From contig CAVTBU010000006.1 in NCBI GenBank assembly GCA_963733035.1, positions 256,001-320,000 of the forward strand: 64,000 nt of DNA, given 5' to 3'. Shown here one piece after another: positions 1-9,342 of the stretch; position 1 is the stretch's first letter, and every line of letters begins with the position of its first letter. Source of the stretch: Pirellulales bacterium. Its GTDB lineage: Bacteria > Planctomycetota > Planctomycetia > Pirellulales > PALSA-1355. A program made the position numbers and the translations under genes. The notes below the pieces were generated by a model. The model made no database searches. It was not told the origin of the DNA and was given only the letters and a program-made list of their open reading frames with translations.

Positions 1-1127
1 GTCGCCGCTCTCGCGAATCAACCGGTCCGCAGGCGACTGCCGTGGCCGGAACCATCCGCGCGTCAACTCGGACTTGCCGACGACGATCTTGGTCACGTTG
101 CGCTCTTGAGCGTACCCGATCGTCTCGGCGACAAGGTCCTCGCCGCTTACGGTGGCGGTTTCCGCTCCCAGGCGCTCGGCGAGTCGAAGATGCGCGAGCA
201 GCCGCGCGCGATCCTTCGCGGACATCTCGCCCGATTGCGACGATTCAACGTTGATGGCAATCCACTCGGCTCCCAGGGACTCGGCCAAGCGCTTGGCCGC
301 GCGCACCAGCCTGGCTGACGTGGGGCTGGGACCGACGCAAACCAGCAGTCGTTCGCGGGTGGCCCACACTTCGTGCCGGGCGCGAGCGAGCCGGGCGGTC
401 TGCACGTCGGCGTGCACGCGTTCCGCCGTGCGGCGGAGAGCCAGTTCTCGCAGGGCGACGAGATTCTCCTTGCGGAAGAAGTTCTCAAGCGCCCTTGCAG
501 CTTGCGCCGGGATGTAGACTTTTCCCTGCTCAAGACGCTCGAGCAGGTCCTCCGGCGGCAGGTCGATCAGCGTCAGCTCGTCGGCCCGATTGAAAACATC
601 ATCGGGCACGGTTTCGCGCACGATGACGCCGCTGATCTGGGCAACGACATCGTTGAGCGATTCGACATGCTGCACATTGCAGGTCGTGTTGACGTTAATT
701 CCGGCGTCCAACAGCTCTTCGACATCCTGCCATCGCTTCACGTGTCGCAGTGATGGCGCATTCGTGTGTGCCAGCTCGTCGACGAGAATCAGTTCCGGTT
801 TTCGTGCCAAAGCCGCATCCAGGTCAAATTCTCTCAGCGTCGTTCCGCGATAGGGAGCCTCCAGGGCGCAAGCCGCTCCAGACCTTCGAGCAGCTTCTCG
901 GTTTCGGGCCGCCCGTGCGGTTCGACGTAGCCCACGACGACGTCCGCGCCCGCGGCTTGCTCGCTGCGAGCATCAAGCAACATGGAATACGTCTTGCCGA
1001 CACCCGCGGAGTAGCCGAAGAATACTTTCAAGCGACCGCGCTTTGCCTGGTCGGATGACTCCGTGTCTCCCTCCGTCTTGAGACGAGCCAGCATCTGCTC
1101 GGGTGTGGGGCGATCACTGTCGGTCAT
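1..1127 (-). CDS. kdpD: Sensor histidine kinase KdpD, N-terminal part (runs off window; frameshift near 865)
   Basis: GRLKVFFGYSAGVGKTYSML Walker A, VVGYVEPHGRPET; continues in another frame as LILVDELAHTN...KRWQDVEELLDAGINVNTT, followed by a USP-like domain; downstream of kdpC. Confidence 0.9.
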
Positions 1128-1711
1128 GGCGCGGCATTCGCTGGCGGCTTAGCAAGTTGGTCAAGGGCCACGTTAAGCTCGAGAATATTGACGATCGGCT
1201 CTCCTCCCAGAGCGACGATCGTCGGAGAGTCAATGTGCTGGCGAACCAGCTCTTCTACCTGCTCCGGCCGAAGGTTTCGCGCATCAGCCACCCGTGGCAC
1301 CTGAAACATCGCAGCGGCCAGCGAAATGTGGGGGTCCATTCCCGAGCCGGATGTCGAGACGAGGTCGGCCGGAACGAGTTGCCCCGCATCGGGCTTTAGC
1401 TCGCCGATGATCTGCCGCGCTTTTTCCGTGAGCAAGGGATTCCTGGGCGACAAGTTGCTGCCTCCGGTGGCACTGGCATTGTAGTCGCATGCCGAGGGCC
1501 GCGGCCAGAAGTAGTCGTGTCGTGAGAAACCCTGCGCGAGCAGCCGCGAGCCGATGATCGTTCCGTCGGAACTCCTTACGAGGCTTCCCTGTCGCGACTG
1601 CGGCGCGGCGAGCACGGCGAAGCCCAGAATGACGGCCGGGTAAGCCACCGAGCAGACCAGAAGGCTCAATAAGAACAGTCGCAATGACGTGATGATGTCT
1701 CTCATGTTCAA
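1124..1711 (-). CDS. kdpC: K+-transporting ATPase subunit C
   Basis: N-terminal TM helix, GSRLLAQGF, YFWPRPSA, GGSNL, VPADLVSTSGSGMDPHIS. Confidence 0.95.
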   Translation of the reverse strand: MNMRDIITSLRLFLLSLLVCSVAYPAVILGFAVLAAPQSRQGSLVRSSDGTIIGSRLLAQGFSRHDYFWPRPSACDYNASATGGSNLSPRNPLLTEKARQIIGELKPDAGQLVPADLVSTSGSGMDPHISLAAAMFQVPRVADARNLRPEQVEELVRQHIDSPTIVALGGEPIVNILELNVALDQLAKPPANAAP

Positions 1712-1736
1712 TTCTTTCTCACCCCGGGGCCAAAGG

Positions 1737-3823
1737 CTATGCCAATCCGAGGCCCGACAGGACCAAGTCGATCAACTTGATTCCCACAAACGGCACCACC
1801 AATCCGCCCAAGCCGTAGATGAGCAGGTTCCTCCGCAACAAAGCGTCGGCTCCCACGGCCCGGTAGCGCACGCCCCGGATCGCGATGGGAATGAGGCACG
1901 GGATCACGACGGCATTGAAGATCACGGCCGAAAGGATGGCACTCTGAGGCGTGGCGAGCCGCATGATGTTCAGCACTTCCAACTGAGGCAGTGCGACCAT
2001 GAAGATCGCCGGGATGATCGCGAAGTACTTGGCGACGTCGTTGGCCACGCTGAACGTGGTCAACGCGCCGCGCGTCATAAGCATCTGCTTCCCCACCGAT
2101 ACGACGTCAATGAGCTTGGTCGGATTCGAATCGAGGTCGACCATGTTGCCGGCTTCCTTGGCGGCCTGTGTCCCGGTGTTCATCGCCACGGCCACGTCGG
2201 CCTGAGCCAGGGCAGGGGCATCGTTGGTGCCGTCGCCGGTCATGGCCACGAGATGCCCGTCTTTTTGATACTCCCGGATGAGTTCCAGCTTGGCCTCGGG
2301 CGTGGCTTCCGCGAGAAAATCATCAACGCCTGCCTCTGCGGCGATCGCAGCGGCCGTCTTGGGGTTGTCGCCGGTAATCATTACCGTCTTGATGCCCATG
2401 CGGCGCAACTCGATGAAGCGTTCTTTGATCCCGCCCTTGACGATGTCTTTCAGGTAAACGGTTCCCAGTACACGGCTATTCTCGGCAACCACAAGCGGCG
2501 TCCCGCCGGCGCGGGCAATCACGTCCACATCGTGTGCGACTTGCTCAGGAAAATCGCCGGCCTGTTCGTCTATAAATCGCCGGATCACGTCGGCCGCGCC
2601 CTTGCGGATGCGCCGACTGTCGAGGTTGATCCCACTCATTCGCGTGCGGGCCGTGAAGTTGACAAACTCGGCCTGCTTTGCTTCCAGCTCCCGGCCGCGG
2701 ATGTTGAACCGCTCTTTGGCCAGGACGACGATGCTGCGCCCCTCGGGCGTTTCGTCAGCTAGTGAGGCCAGTTGGGCCGCATCTGCCAGTTGCCTCTCTT
2801 CGATTCCAGACGCGGGCCGGAATTCGGTGGCTTGGCGGTTCCCTAGCGTGATCGTGCCCGTTTTGTCCAACAGGAGCACATCCACGTCACCGGCAGCCTC
2901 GACGGCGCGGCCGGACATGGCCATTACATTCGCCTGGCTCAGACGCGCCATGCCGGCAATGCCAATCGCGGCCAACAGCGCGCCGATCGTAGTAGGTATC
3001 AGGCAAACCAGCAGGGCGACCAGCGTTGGCACGTCGATGGTCACATCGAAGTATTGCGCAATGGGATAAAGCGTCGTGCAGACCATCAGGAATATCAAGG
3101 TGAAGCCGGCCAGCACGATGGTCAGCGCGATCTCGTTGGGGGTTTTTTGACGCTCCGCTCCCTCGACCATCGCAATCATGCGATCCAAGAAGCTTTCGCC
3201 GGGTCGGGCCGTGACGCGAATCACTAGATGGTCCGATAGCACGCGTGTTCCGCCCGTGACGGCTGAGCGGTCGCCACCGCTTTCGCGAATCACCGGAGCA
3301 CTTTCGCCGGTGATCGCCGATTCATCGACCGAAGCGACGCCCTCGATGACTTCGCCATCGGCGGGAATCGTCTCGCCGGCTTCCACACGCACAAGGTCGC
3401 CGTTTTTCAACTCGGAGGCCGGCACGTCTTCGACAGTGGATTGGCTTTGATCGACGAACCGATGAGCGGTGACGTCTTGCCGCGCCTTGCGCAGGCTGGA
3501 CGCCTGGGCGCGCCCCGCGCCTCGGCCACGGCCTCGGCGAAGTTCGCGAACCAGTCCGTCAGCCACAGCCACACCGAGATGGCGAGGAAATAGCCGGTGC
3601 CTTCGCTTCTGGAGACGGCCGCCGAGAGCGTTGCCAATGTGGTCAACATGGCTCCAAGCTCCGTGACGAACATCACCGGGTTGCGGGCCATTGACCATGG
3701 GTTCAGCATTTTGATGGCCTGGCCGACCGATGGCAGCAGCATCCTGGCGGTGAAAAGCGACTTCTCCTTGCGAAAGGACGAGCCCCCGGAAGAGCCGCCG
3801 GCCGACATTGCTTCGACTTGCAT
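1737..3823 (-). CDS. kdpB: K+-transporting ATPase subunit B (frameshift near 3515)
   Basis: NPVMFVTE in ORF 3407-3823; TGES, DKTGT and [16 protein letters not shown]-type ATPase motifs in ORF 1737-3845. Confidence 0.95.
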
Positions 3824-3841
3824 GGAGTTTGGCCCTTCGAA

Positions 3842-5512
3842 TCAACGCGGATTGAGGTGTTCGGCGATCGGACCCAGCATCGCCAAGGGCAGGAACAACA
3901 AGGCTCCGACAATGAGGATCGTTCCCAGCAGGACGACGCCGAACAGCAGCGTGTCAGTGCGGAAAGTGCCGGCGGTCTCGGGAGCAGCCCGCTTGGCAGC
4001 CAATGAGCCAACGATGGCCAGCGGCGCGATGATGGGGATGAACCGACCCAATAACATGACGACTCCCGTGGCGATGTTCCACGGCACCGTGTTATCTCCC
4101 AGACCCTCAAAGCCAGACCCGTTGTTGGCGGCCGCGGAGCTGAACTCGTAGACGATTTCGCTCAAGCCGTGGCTGCCAGGATTGTGCAGCGTGTCCAGAC
4201 CCCACGACGTGTCTGCGAACAGCGCGGTCCCGCCCAGGATGAACAGCGGATGAGCCAATAGCGCGATCAGCGCCAGCTTCATCTCCTTGGTTTCCACCTT
4301 GCGAGTGAGATACTCCGGTGTGCGGCCGACCATCATGCCGGCCAGGAATACCGCAGTAATCACGAACAGGAACATATTGATAAGCCCCACCCCGACGCCC
4401 CCGAACACGACGTTCAGCCACATCCCGGCCATCGGCACGATGCTCGTCAGCGGGTTCAGGCTGTCATGCATCGCGTTCACGCTGCCGTTGCTGGTCGAAG
4501 TGGTCGACACGGCCCATGTCGCACCGGCAGTTGTGCCGAAGCGCAGCTCCTTGCCTTCGAGGTTCATCGAATGCGCGACCGGCAAATCCTCTAAGGCGGC
4601 TGTCGGCTGGCTTTCAAGCCAACAAGCAGAGACGACGAAGCTCAGGTAAAGCGCCAGCATCACGCCGAAGAGCACCGCCGCGTGCCTGACGCGAGCGGTG
4701 ATGCGGCCGAACATCCAGACGGTCGCCATCGGCACAAGCAGGATGGCAATGTTGGAAAGCACGTTCGACCAGAACGTCGGATTCTCGAAAGGATGCGTGC
4801 AATTCGGCCCGAACCAGCCTCCGCCGTTCGTGCCCAATTGCTTGATCGCGATGAAGGCCGCCACCGGGCCACGGGCGATCGTCTGCGTCGCGCCTTCGAG
4901 CGTTGTGGCGACCGCCGCACCTTCCAGCGTCATGGGCACCCCGCAAACGACCAGCAGACCGGCCCAGACGATCGACAGCGGTAGCAGGATCAGGGCCGCC
5001 GCTCGCCAGACGTCTTGATAGAAGTTGCCCAGGCGCGAGAACCCTGCGAGCCCTCGGGCGAGCGCCGTGACGACCCCGATGCCCGTCGCCGCACTGACGA
5101 ACTGCAGCCACATCAATGCCCCAAGCTGAGAGAAGTAGCTGAGCGATACTTCACCTGAATAGTGCTGTAAGTTTGTGTTGCTGGTAAAGCTGGCCGCGGT
5201 ATTGAAGGCCAGGCTTGGTTCGATCGGGCCCTTGTCATCGGGATTGAGCGGCAACCACGGCTGAGTCGTCAATACGAGATACGCGAACACGAACATCAGC
5301 AGATTGAAGGCCAACATCGAGACGCAGTACTGTTTCCAACTCTGCGGCCGGCATATCTCATATCCAAGCAGCGCCACGCACGCTTTGTCGTAGCGGACGC
5401 GAATTGGTCCGGCGTCGCTCGGATCCATCGCCCACTGCATGTATCGCGCCAGCGGCCAAGAGAGGACGAGCGCTACCACGACGACGATTGTTGGAATAGT
5501 CAAACCGAGCAT
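3842..5512 (-). CDS. kdpA: K+-transporting ATPase subunit A
   Basis: [56 protein letters not shown]. Confidence 0.96.
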   Translation of the reverse strand: MLGLTIPTIVVVVALVLSWPLARYMQWAMDPSDAGPIRVRYDKACVALLGYEICRPQSWKQYCVSMLAFNLLMFVFAYLVLTTQPWLPLNPDDKGPIEPSLAFNTAASFTSNTNLQHYSGEVSLSYFSQLGALMWLQFVSAATGIGVVTALARGLAGFSRLGNFYQDVWRAAALILLPLSIVWAGLLVVCGVPMTLEGAAVATTLEGATQTIARGPVAAFIAIKQLGTNGGGWFGPNCTHPFENPTFWSNVLSNIAILLVPMATVWMFGRITARVRHAAVLFGVMLALYLSFVVSACWLESQPTAALEDLPVAHSMNLEGKELRFGTTAGATWAVSTTSTSNGSVNAMHDSLNPLTSIVPMAGMWLNVVFGGVGVGLINMFLFVITAVFLAGMMVGRTPEYLTRKVETKEMKLALIALLAHPLFILGGTALFADTSWGLDTLHNPGSHGLSEIVYEFSSAAANNGSGFEGLGDNTVPWNIATGVVMLLGRFIPIIAPLAIVGSLAAKRAAPETAGTFRTDTLLFGVVLLGTILIVGALLFLPLAMLGPIAEHLNPR

Positions 5513-5528
5513 CGTCTGGTTTCCACTG

Positions 5529-5621
5529 CTAGAACTGCTCCGGCCGGATGATCACGTAGCAGAGATAGCCGAATGCGAAGATCGTCGTCACGATCACGCA
5601 ACCATTGACAAGCACTTCCAC
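5529..5621 (-). CDS. kdpF: KdpF small subunit (MEVLVNGCVIVTTIFAFGYLCYVIIRPEQF; not in ORF track)
   Basis: GTG start with GAGGAG RBS; 30-aa hydrophobic peptide ending YLxYxxxRPEQF, directly upstream of kdpA. Confidence 0.88.
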   Translation of the reverse strand: MEVLVNGCVIVTTIFAFGYLCYVIIRPEQF

Positions 5622-5631
5622 GGCATTCTCC

Positions 5632-5712
5632 TCACAGCCGCTCGCAGGCCCAAGTGAAACCAAGCATCGCCGTGAATTCGGCTATTCCAATGAGGAGCAT
5701 CAAGATCCACAT
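5632..5712 (-). CDS. Small hydrophobic peptide upstream of kdpF (MWILMLLIGIAEFTAMLGFTWACERL)
   Basis: 26-aa single TM peptide ending CERL, stop abuts the kdpF RBS. Confidence 0.55.
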   Translation of the reverse strand: MWILMLLIGIAEFTAMLGFTWACERL

Positions 5713-6108
5713 TCTATCGCCACTCAGGAACCGGCCAGCAAGTCGTCGACGGATGGATTCTAGTGGGGGCCGCGCTAAAACGGCGTCAAAAAGCCGGCCG
5801 CCCAGAATCCCCCAGACGGCGCGAGAATTCTTAGATTTCCCCATGAACCAACGAAACCCGAGCGGCGTCTAAGGTGTATAAGAGGGGTCGGGGCCAAGGG
5901 GCTGCTGACCGCTGTTGTGACAAGCTTTTACGGGTTGTTCCTTCCATGATGTTCTTACGGCCAAGACTGTTCCAAGAACGGATAGCCGGGAGTTATTGGC
6001 GCAGCGACAGTGTGCATTGATCGCGAAGCGATGCCGACCGCTGCAAGGTAATTCCTCCCCGCTACCACTCCGCTTGTGACGCTTGGCCTTTAGGTCGATC
6101 TGGCTGCC

Positions 6109-6143
6109 AAAGCCCGGTGTCGCAAGGACATCGGGCTTTTTTT
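6109..6143 (+). terminator. Intrinsic terminator/attenuator hairpin upstream of tRNA array
   Basis: AAAGCCCGGTGTC-gcaag-GACATCGGGCTTT stem followed by a T7 run. Confidence 0.75.
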
Positions 6144-6189
6144 GTTGGCCTGACGTGGAGGTGGTGGCGGGGAACCAGGCAACACACAT

Positions 6190-6280
6190 GGGTCGGTAGC
6201 GGAGACGCGGGCACCATGCGCAGCATGGTCGGCGGTGGCCTGAAAAGCCGCAGACGAGGATTCGAGCGCCTCCCGACCCA
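6190..6280 (+). tRNA. tRNA-Phe(GAA)-like, degenerate, with hairpin insertion between D and anticodon arms
   Basis: GGGTCGG/CCGACCC-A acceptor; GTGGC-CTGAAAA-GCCGC anticodon arm; TTCGA loop. Confidence 0.6.
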
Positions 6281-6283
6281 CTG

Positions 6284-6368
6284 CGCCGGGCACCGACCGC
6301 AGGTTGGTCGGCGCGACACTCAGACTGTCGTGCCGTAAGGCGTGGGAGTTCGAGTCTCCCCTTGGTCA
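6284..6368 (+). tRNA. tRNA-Leu(CAG) remnant; 5' half replaced by hairpin insertion
   Basis: CGACA-CTCAGAC-TGTCG anticodon arm, long variable arm, GGGAG-TTCGAGT-CTCCC T arm, CTTGGTC-A end; no clean 5' acceptor strand. Confidence 0.6.
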
Positions 6369-6402
6369 CTGAACTGTTGGCGGGCAAGAACCCGTTGAAC
6401 GA

Positions 6403-6471
6403 CGCAGGCGAGCCAGTGCTCAGCTGGGCCTCATAAGCCCGGACCGTCGGGTGCGACACCCGAACCTGCTA
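6403..6471 (+). tRNA. tRNA-Met/Ile2(CAT)-like, degenerate D arm
   Basis: GCAGG/CCTGC acceptor; TGGGC-CTCATAA-GCCCG anticodon arm; TCGGG-TGCGACA-CCCGA T arm. Confidence 0.55.
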
Positions 6472-6556
6472 CTAGCAACTGAGGCCGCCGAGCGATTAGC
6501 GAGGATGAAGACCGAAGGCGGTAGTCATCAGACAAGCCGCCGCGCAGCAGACATTT

Positions 6557-6630
6557 GGCCGGGTACGCAAACTGGCAAAGCGACGAGGTCGAGAGCCTCG
6601 TGTTTGTGAGTTCGACTCTCACTCCGGTCA
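6557..6630 (+). tRNA. tRNA-Leu(GAG)-like with short variable region
   Basis: GGCCGGG/TCCGGTC-A; CGAGG-TCGAGAG-CCTCG; GTGAG-TTCGACT-CTCAC. Confidence 0.7.
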
Positions 6631-6635
6631 CTGAC

Positions 6636-6708
6636 GATCCCGTGGTCCAACGGCTAAGACGCCTGGATGACACCCAGGAAACAGATGGTTCAACTCCATC
6701 CGGGATCA
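6636..6708 (+). tRNA. tRNA-Val(GAC)
   Basis: GATCCCG/CGGGATC-A; CCTGG-ATGACAC-CCAGG; GATGG-TTCAACT-CCATC. Confidence 0.8.
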
Positions 6709-6733
6709 CTTTGCAACCGAGTTGCGCAGCGAA

Positions 6734-7115
6734 TCAGTCGGACATCGTTGACGAAAGTCGAGCGGCGAGCTTTCTGCCACACCAGGCTGCAACAGCCATC
6801 GGAATCGCTGCAGCAGCAAATTGAATCGGCATCACGATTGACAACGGTCCAAGGCCCGACGGATCCGGCTCAAAGAGCGTGAGCAGGTACACGACGATAA
6901 ACGCAGCCCCACAAACCATGCCAAGCAGGACTCCCTGAGAGGTGAGGAGTCCTACTAGATAATGCGATCGAACTTGCCGTTACGACAAGGTTCCATTCGC
7001 CATCGTCCGGTGAAATACGCCAGAATCCACCGACAAGGCAAATAGCCGTCACGGCAACGAACAGAGTTCGCAAGTTGAACTGTGACCGTGACTGTAGCTC
7101 GTTGTCTCCACCCAT
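6734..7115 (-). CDS. Small membrane protein (probable frameshift near 6960)
   Basis: N-terminal QFNLRTLFVAVTAICL hydrophobic motif, continued in another frame by TM segments ending at 6734. Confidence 0.45.
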
Positions 7116-7182
7116 GATCGCCATTATACGGTACGACTTCTGGTTCAGGGCACCACGACAGAACACCGTTTACGTCGCAATT

Positions 7183-7253
7183 GGGCTGCTCGTCCAACGG
7201 GAAGACGCCTGGCTTGCAACCAGGAAATCGGGGTTCGACTCCCCGGCGGTCCA
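7183..7253 (+). tRNA. tRNA-Ala(TGC)
   Basis: GGGCTGC/GCGGTCC-A with G3:U70; CCTGG-CTTGCAA-CCAGG; GGTTCGACTCC. Confidence 0.88.
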
Positions 7254-7264
7254 CTGAACAACAC

Positions 7265-7352
7265 GGGCTCATGGTCCAAAGGGAAGACATCAGGCTGGCA
7301 GTCTGACCAGTGTCTATTGGAAATGCGGCGGGTTCAATTCCAGGTGGGTCCA
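7265..7352 (+). tRNA. tRNA-Ala(GGC)-like with insertion in variable region
   Basis: GGGCTCA/TGGGTCC-A with G3:U70; TCAGG-CTGGCAG-TCTGA; ~20-nt variable region; weak T stem. Confidence 0.6.
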
Positions 7353-7375
7353 CTCATCAATCATGGAGACGTGAA

Positions 7376-7612
7376 ATGGCCGATTCTGTGTTGATCCGGT
7401 TCGTCGGCGAAAGAGGGAAAGCACATCACTTTTTGAAGCTTGGCCCGGTAGAGGTTTGGAACCCGCCGGAGCGTGAGTTTCAGGGTGGCGACGAAATCAG
7501 GGTGCAGATTCGCCCGAATGCCTTAAACCCAGATTGCGTGGACCTGACATTTGACGATGGACAATACGCGATTGAAGTTCCGAAGGATTTCTTCGTGATC
7601 GTTGAGGAATGA
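7376..7612 (+). CDS. Hypothetical protein (78 aa)
   Basis: GGAG RBS, ATG, plausible globular sequence between tRNA genes. Confidence 0.55.
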   Translation: MADSVLIRFVGERGKAHHFLKLGPVEVWNPPEREFQGGDEIRVQIRPNALNPDCVDLTFDDGQYAIEVPKDFFVIVEE

Positions 7613-7705
7613 AATGGAAGGTAGATGCTATGGCAGCGGCGAGGGACTGCGTTAGGCTCCGAGTCACGAGGGATTGTTTTATCCGTTGTTTTGAGGAGCT
7701 CAATC

Positions 7706-8884
7706 ATGGCCACTCGACCGCAAGACTGCAGCACAACGAAGCCAGTACTGTTCCTGGGTCTCGAATTAGGGCAGCGAACCTGGAAGTTGGGGTTCACCGT
7801 GGGTTTGGGTCAGAAGCCGCGGCGACGTGAGATCGCTGCCGGTTGCATTCAGGCACTGAAACGAGAGATCAATGAGAGTAAGCAACGTTTTGGTCTGCCT
7901 GCGGATGTGGAGGTGATTAGCTGTTACGAGGCAGGCCGTGATGGGTTTTGGCTGCATCGTTGGCTGGTGTCTGAGAACGTCACAAACTTGGTGGTTGACT
8001 CGTCTAGCATTCAAGTGCCGCGGCGGCAGCGACGGGCCAAGACCGATCGTCTGGATTTGGAACAATTGTTGACCATGTTGGTGCGCTGGCATCAGGGCGA
8101 GTCGAAAGTCTGGAGCGTGGTGACGGTGCCGAGTGAAGCGGAAGAGGACGTTCGGCATTTGCATCGCGAGTTGGAAACGCTGCGGGCGGAACAGACCAGC
8201 CACATCAATCGAATCAAGAGGCTGTTGATCGGTTGCGGCGTGGTGATTGATGTGAACCGCTGGCTACCGAAACGGCTCAAAGCAATACGGCTTTGGAATG
8301 GCTCGCCGTTGACCAGCGATTTGCGGCAACGGGTATTGCGGGAGTTCGAGCGGATGCAGGTGGTCAATCGACAGGTTCGCGAGCTGGAAAAGGAGCGTGC
8401 CGCCCGGATTCGCAGCAACGAAACTGACAAGAGCGTCGCCCAGGTGCGGACGTTGTTGGGCGTGAAGGGCATCGGCGTCAACAGCGCGTGGATGTACGTG
8501 CAGGAGGTGTTTGGCTGGCGAAAGATCAAGAATCGTCGTCAATTGGGTGCGCTCGTGGGGCTGACCGGCAGTCCGTATAGCAGCGGCAACTTGGAGCGCG
8601 ATCAGGGAATTACAAAGGCTGGAAACCGCCGGATGCGAACAATGGCTGTCGAAATCGCCTGGGGATGGTTGGCATTCCAACCCGGCAGCGATCTGAGCCG
8701 TTGGTATCACGATCGATTCGCGGCCGGAAACAAGCGTCTTCGTCGCATTGGAATTGTGGCGCTGGCAAGAAAGCTGTTGGTGGAGTTGTGGAAATACCTG
8801 GAGACCGGCGTGCCGCCTTGCAACGCGGAGCTGACCGAGTGGGAGGACAAGATTCACTACACCCCTTCCCTTACGCCGGCGTAG
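7706..8884 (+). CDS. IS110-family transposase/recombinase
   Basis: GAGGAG RBS; RuvC-like GLELG / CYEAG / AKTDRLD; C-terminal GIG...YSSG...GITKAGN...VALARKL. Confidence 0.93.
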   Translation: MATRPQDCSTTKPVLFLGLELGQRTWKLGFTVGLGQKPRRREIAAGCIQALKREINESKQRFGLPADVEVISCYEAGRDGFWLHRWLVSENVTNLVVDSSSIQVPRRQRRAKTDRLDLEQLLTMLVRWHQGESKVWSVVTVPSEAEEDVRHLHRELETLRAEQTSHINRIKRLLIGCGVVIDVNRWLPKRLKAIRLWNGSPLTSDLRQRVLREFERMQVVNRQVRELEKERAARIRSNETDKSVAQVRTLLGVKGIGVNSAWMYVQEVFGWRKIKNRRQLGALVGLTGSPYSSGNLERDQGITKAGNRRMRTMAVEIAWGWLAFQPGSDLSRWYHDRFAAGNKRLRRIGIVALARKLLVELWKYLETGVPPCNAELTEWEDKIHYTPSLTPA

Positions 8885-8889
8885 CGATT

Positions 8890-9125
8890 GGATCGGTGCG
8901 AGTATGGAGCGTCTGAACGACTGACGTCGAGACTGGAAAGCGACCGAGTATCCGGCGGGTACGAGTTAGGCTCACCGAAAGGTAGATGGGATCGCTTTCA
9001 TTATGGCTTCCCGAGAGCGTCCAGGACGCATAGGGCATAGGGTGATCGGCGATGATGCCGGCACGGATAGAAGCTAGTCGTTGGCCTCGGCCACAACGAT
9101 CAGCGGAAGCCGCCAGTCATGACGT
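8890..9125 (+). ncRNA. Putative bridge RNA/seekRNA of the IS (boundaries approximate)
   Basis: Two stem-flanked internal loops carrying matches to the target (GTATCCGGC, AAGGTAG) and to the donor junction (ATAGAAG, GGCAT). Confidence 0.8.
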
Positions 9126-9336
9126 TGAACCGACAGAAGAAGTGTTTTGAGGAATGGCAGGACAAATGAATGTGCATCCCAGCACGGCTCCAGCCGCGGC
9201 GTGCGGCCAGAGCCGTCACGGAATCATTCACCCGCCCTGACCTGGCTATCCCTTGTTGGGTTGCTCTTCAGCAGAGCTCAACTCCGTTTCACCAGGCAGG
9301 CGAAAGTATATCACGACTCAACGTTGGATGAGGAGC

Positions 9337-9342
9337 TTGACA
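9337..9342 (+). promoter_or_regulatory. -35 box (TTGACA) of predicted circle-junction promoter
   Basis: 17 nt upstream of GATGCT, which forms only when the right end joins the left end. Confidence 0.6.

Noticed and set aside
6475..6550. Hairpin GATGA..ACCG-AAGG-CGGT..TCATC in a spacer as a separate ncRNA
   Set aside because: Too short and weak to distinguish from chance in GC-rich DNA
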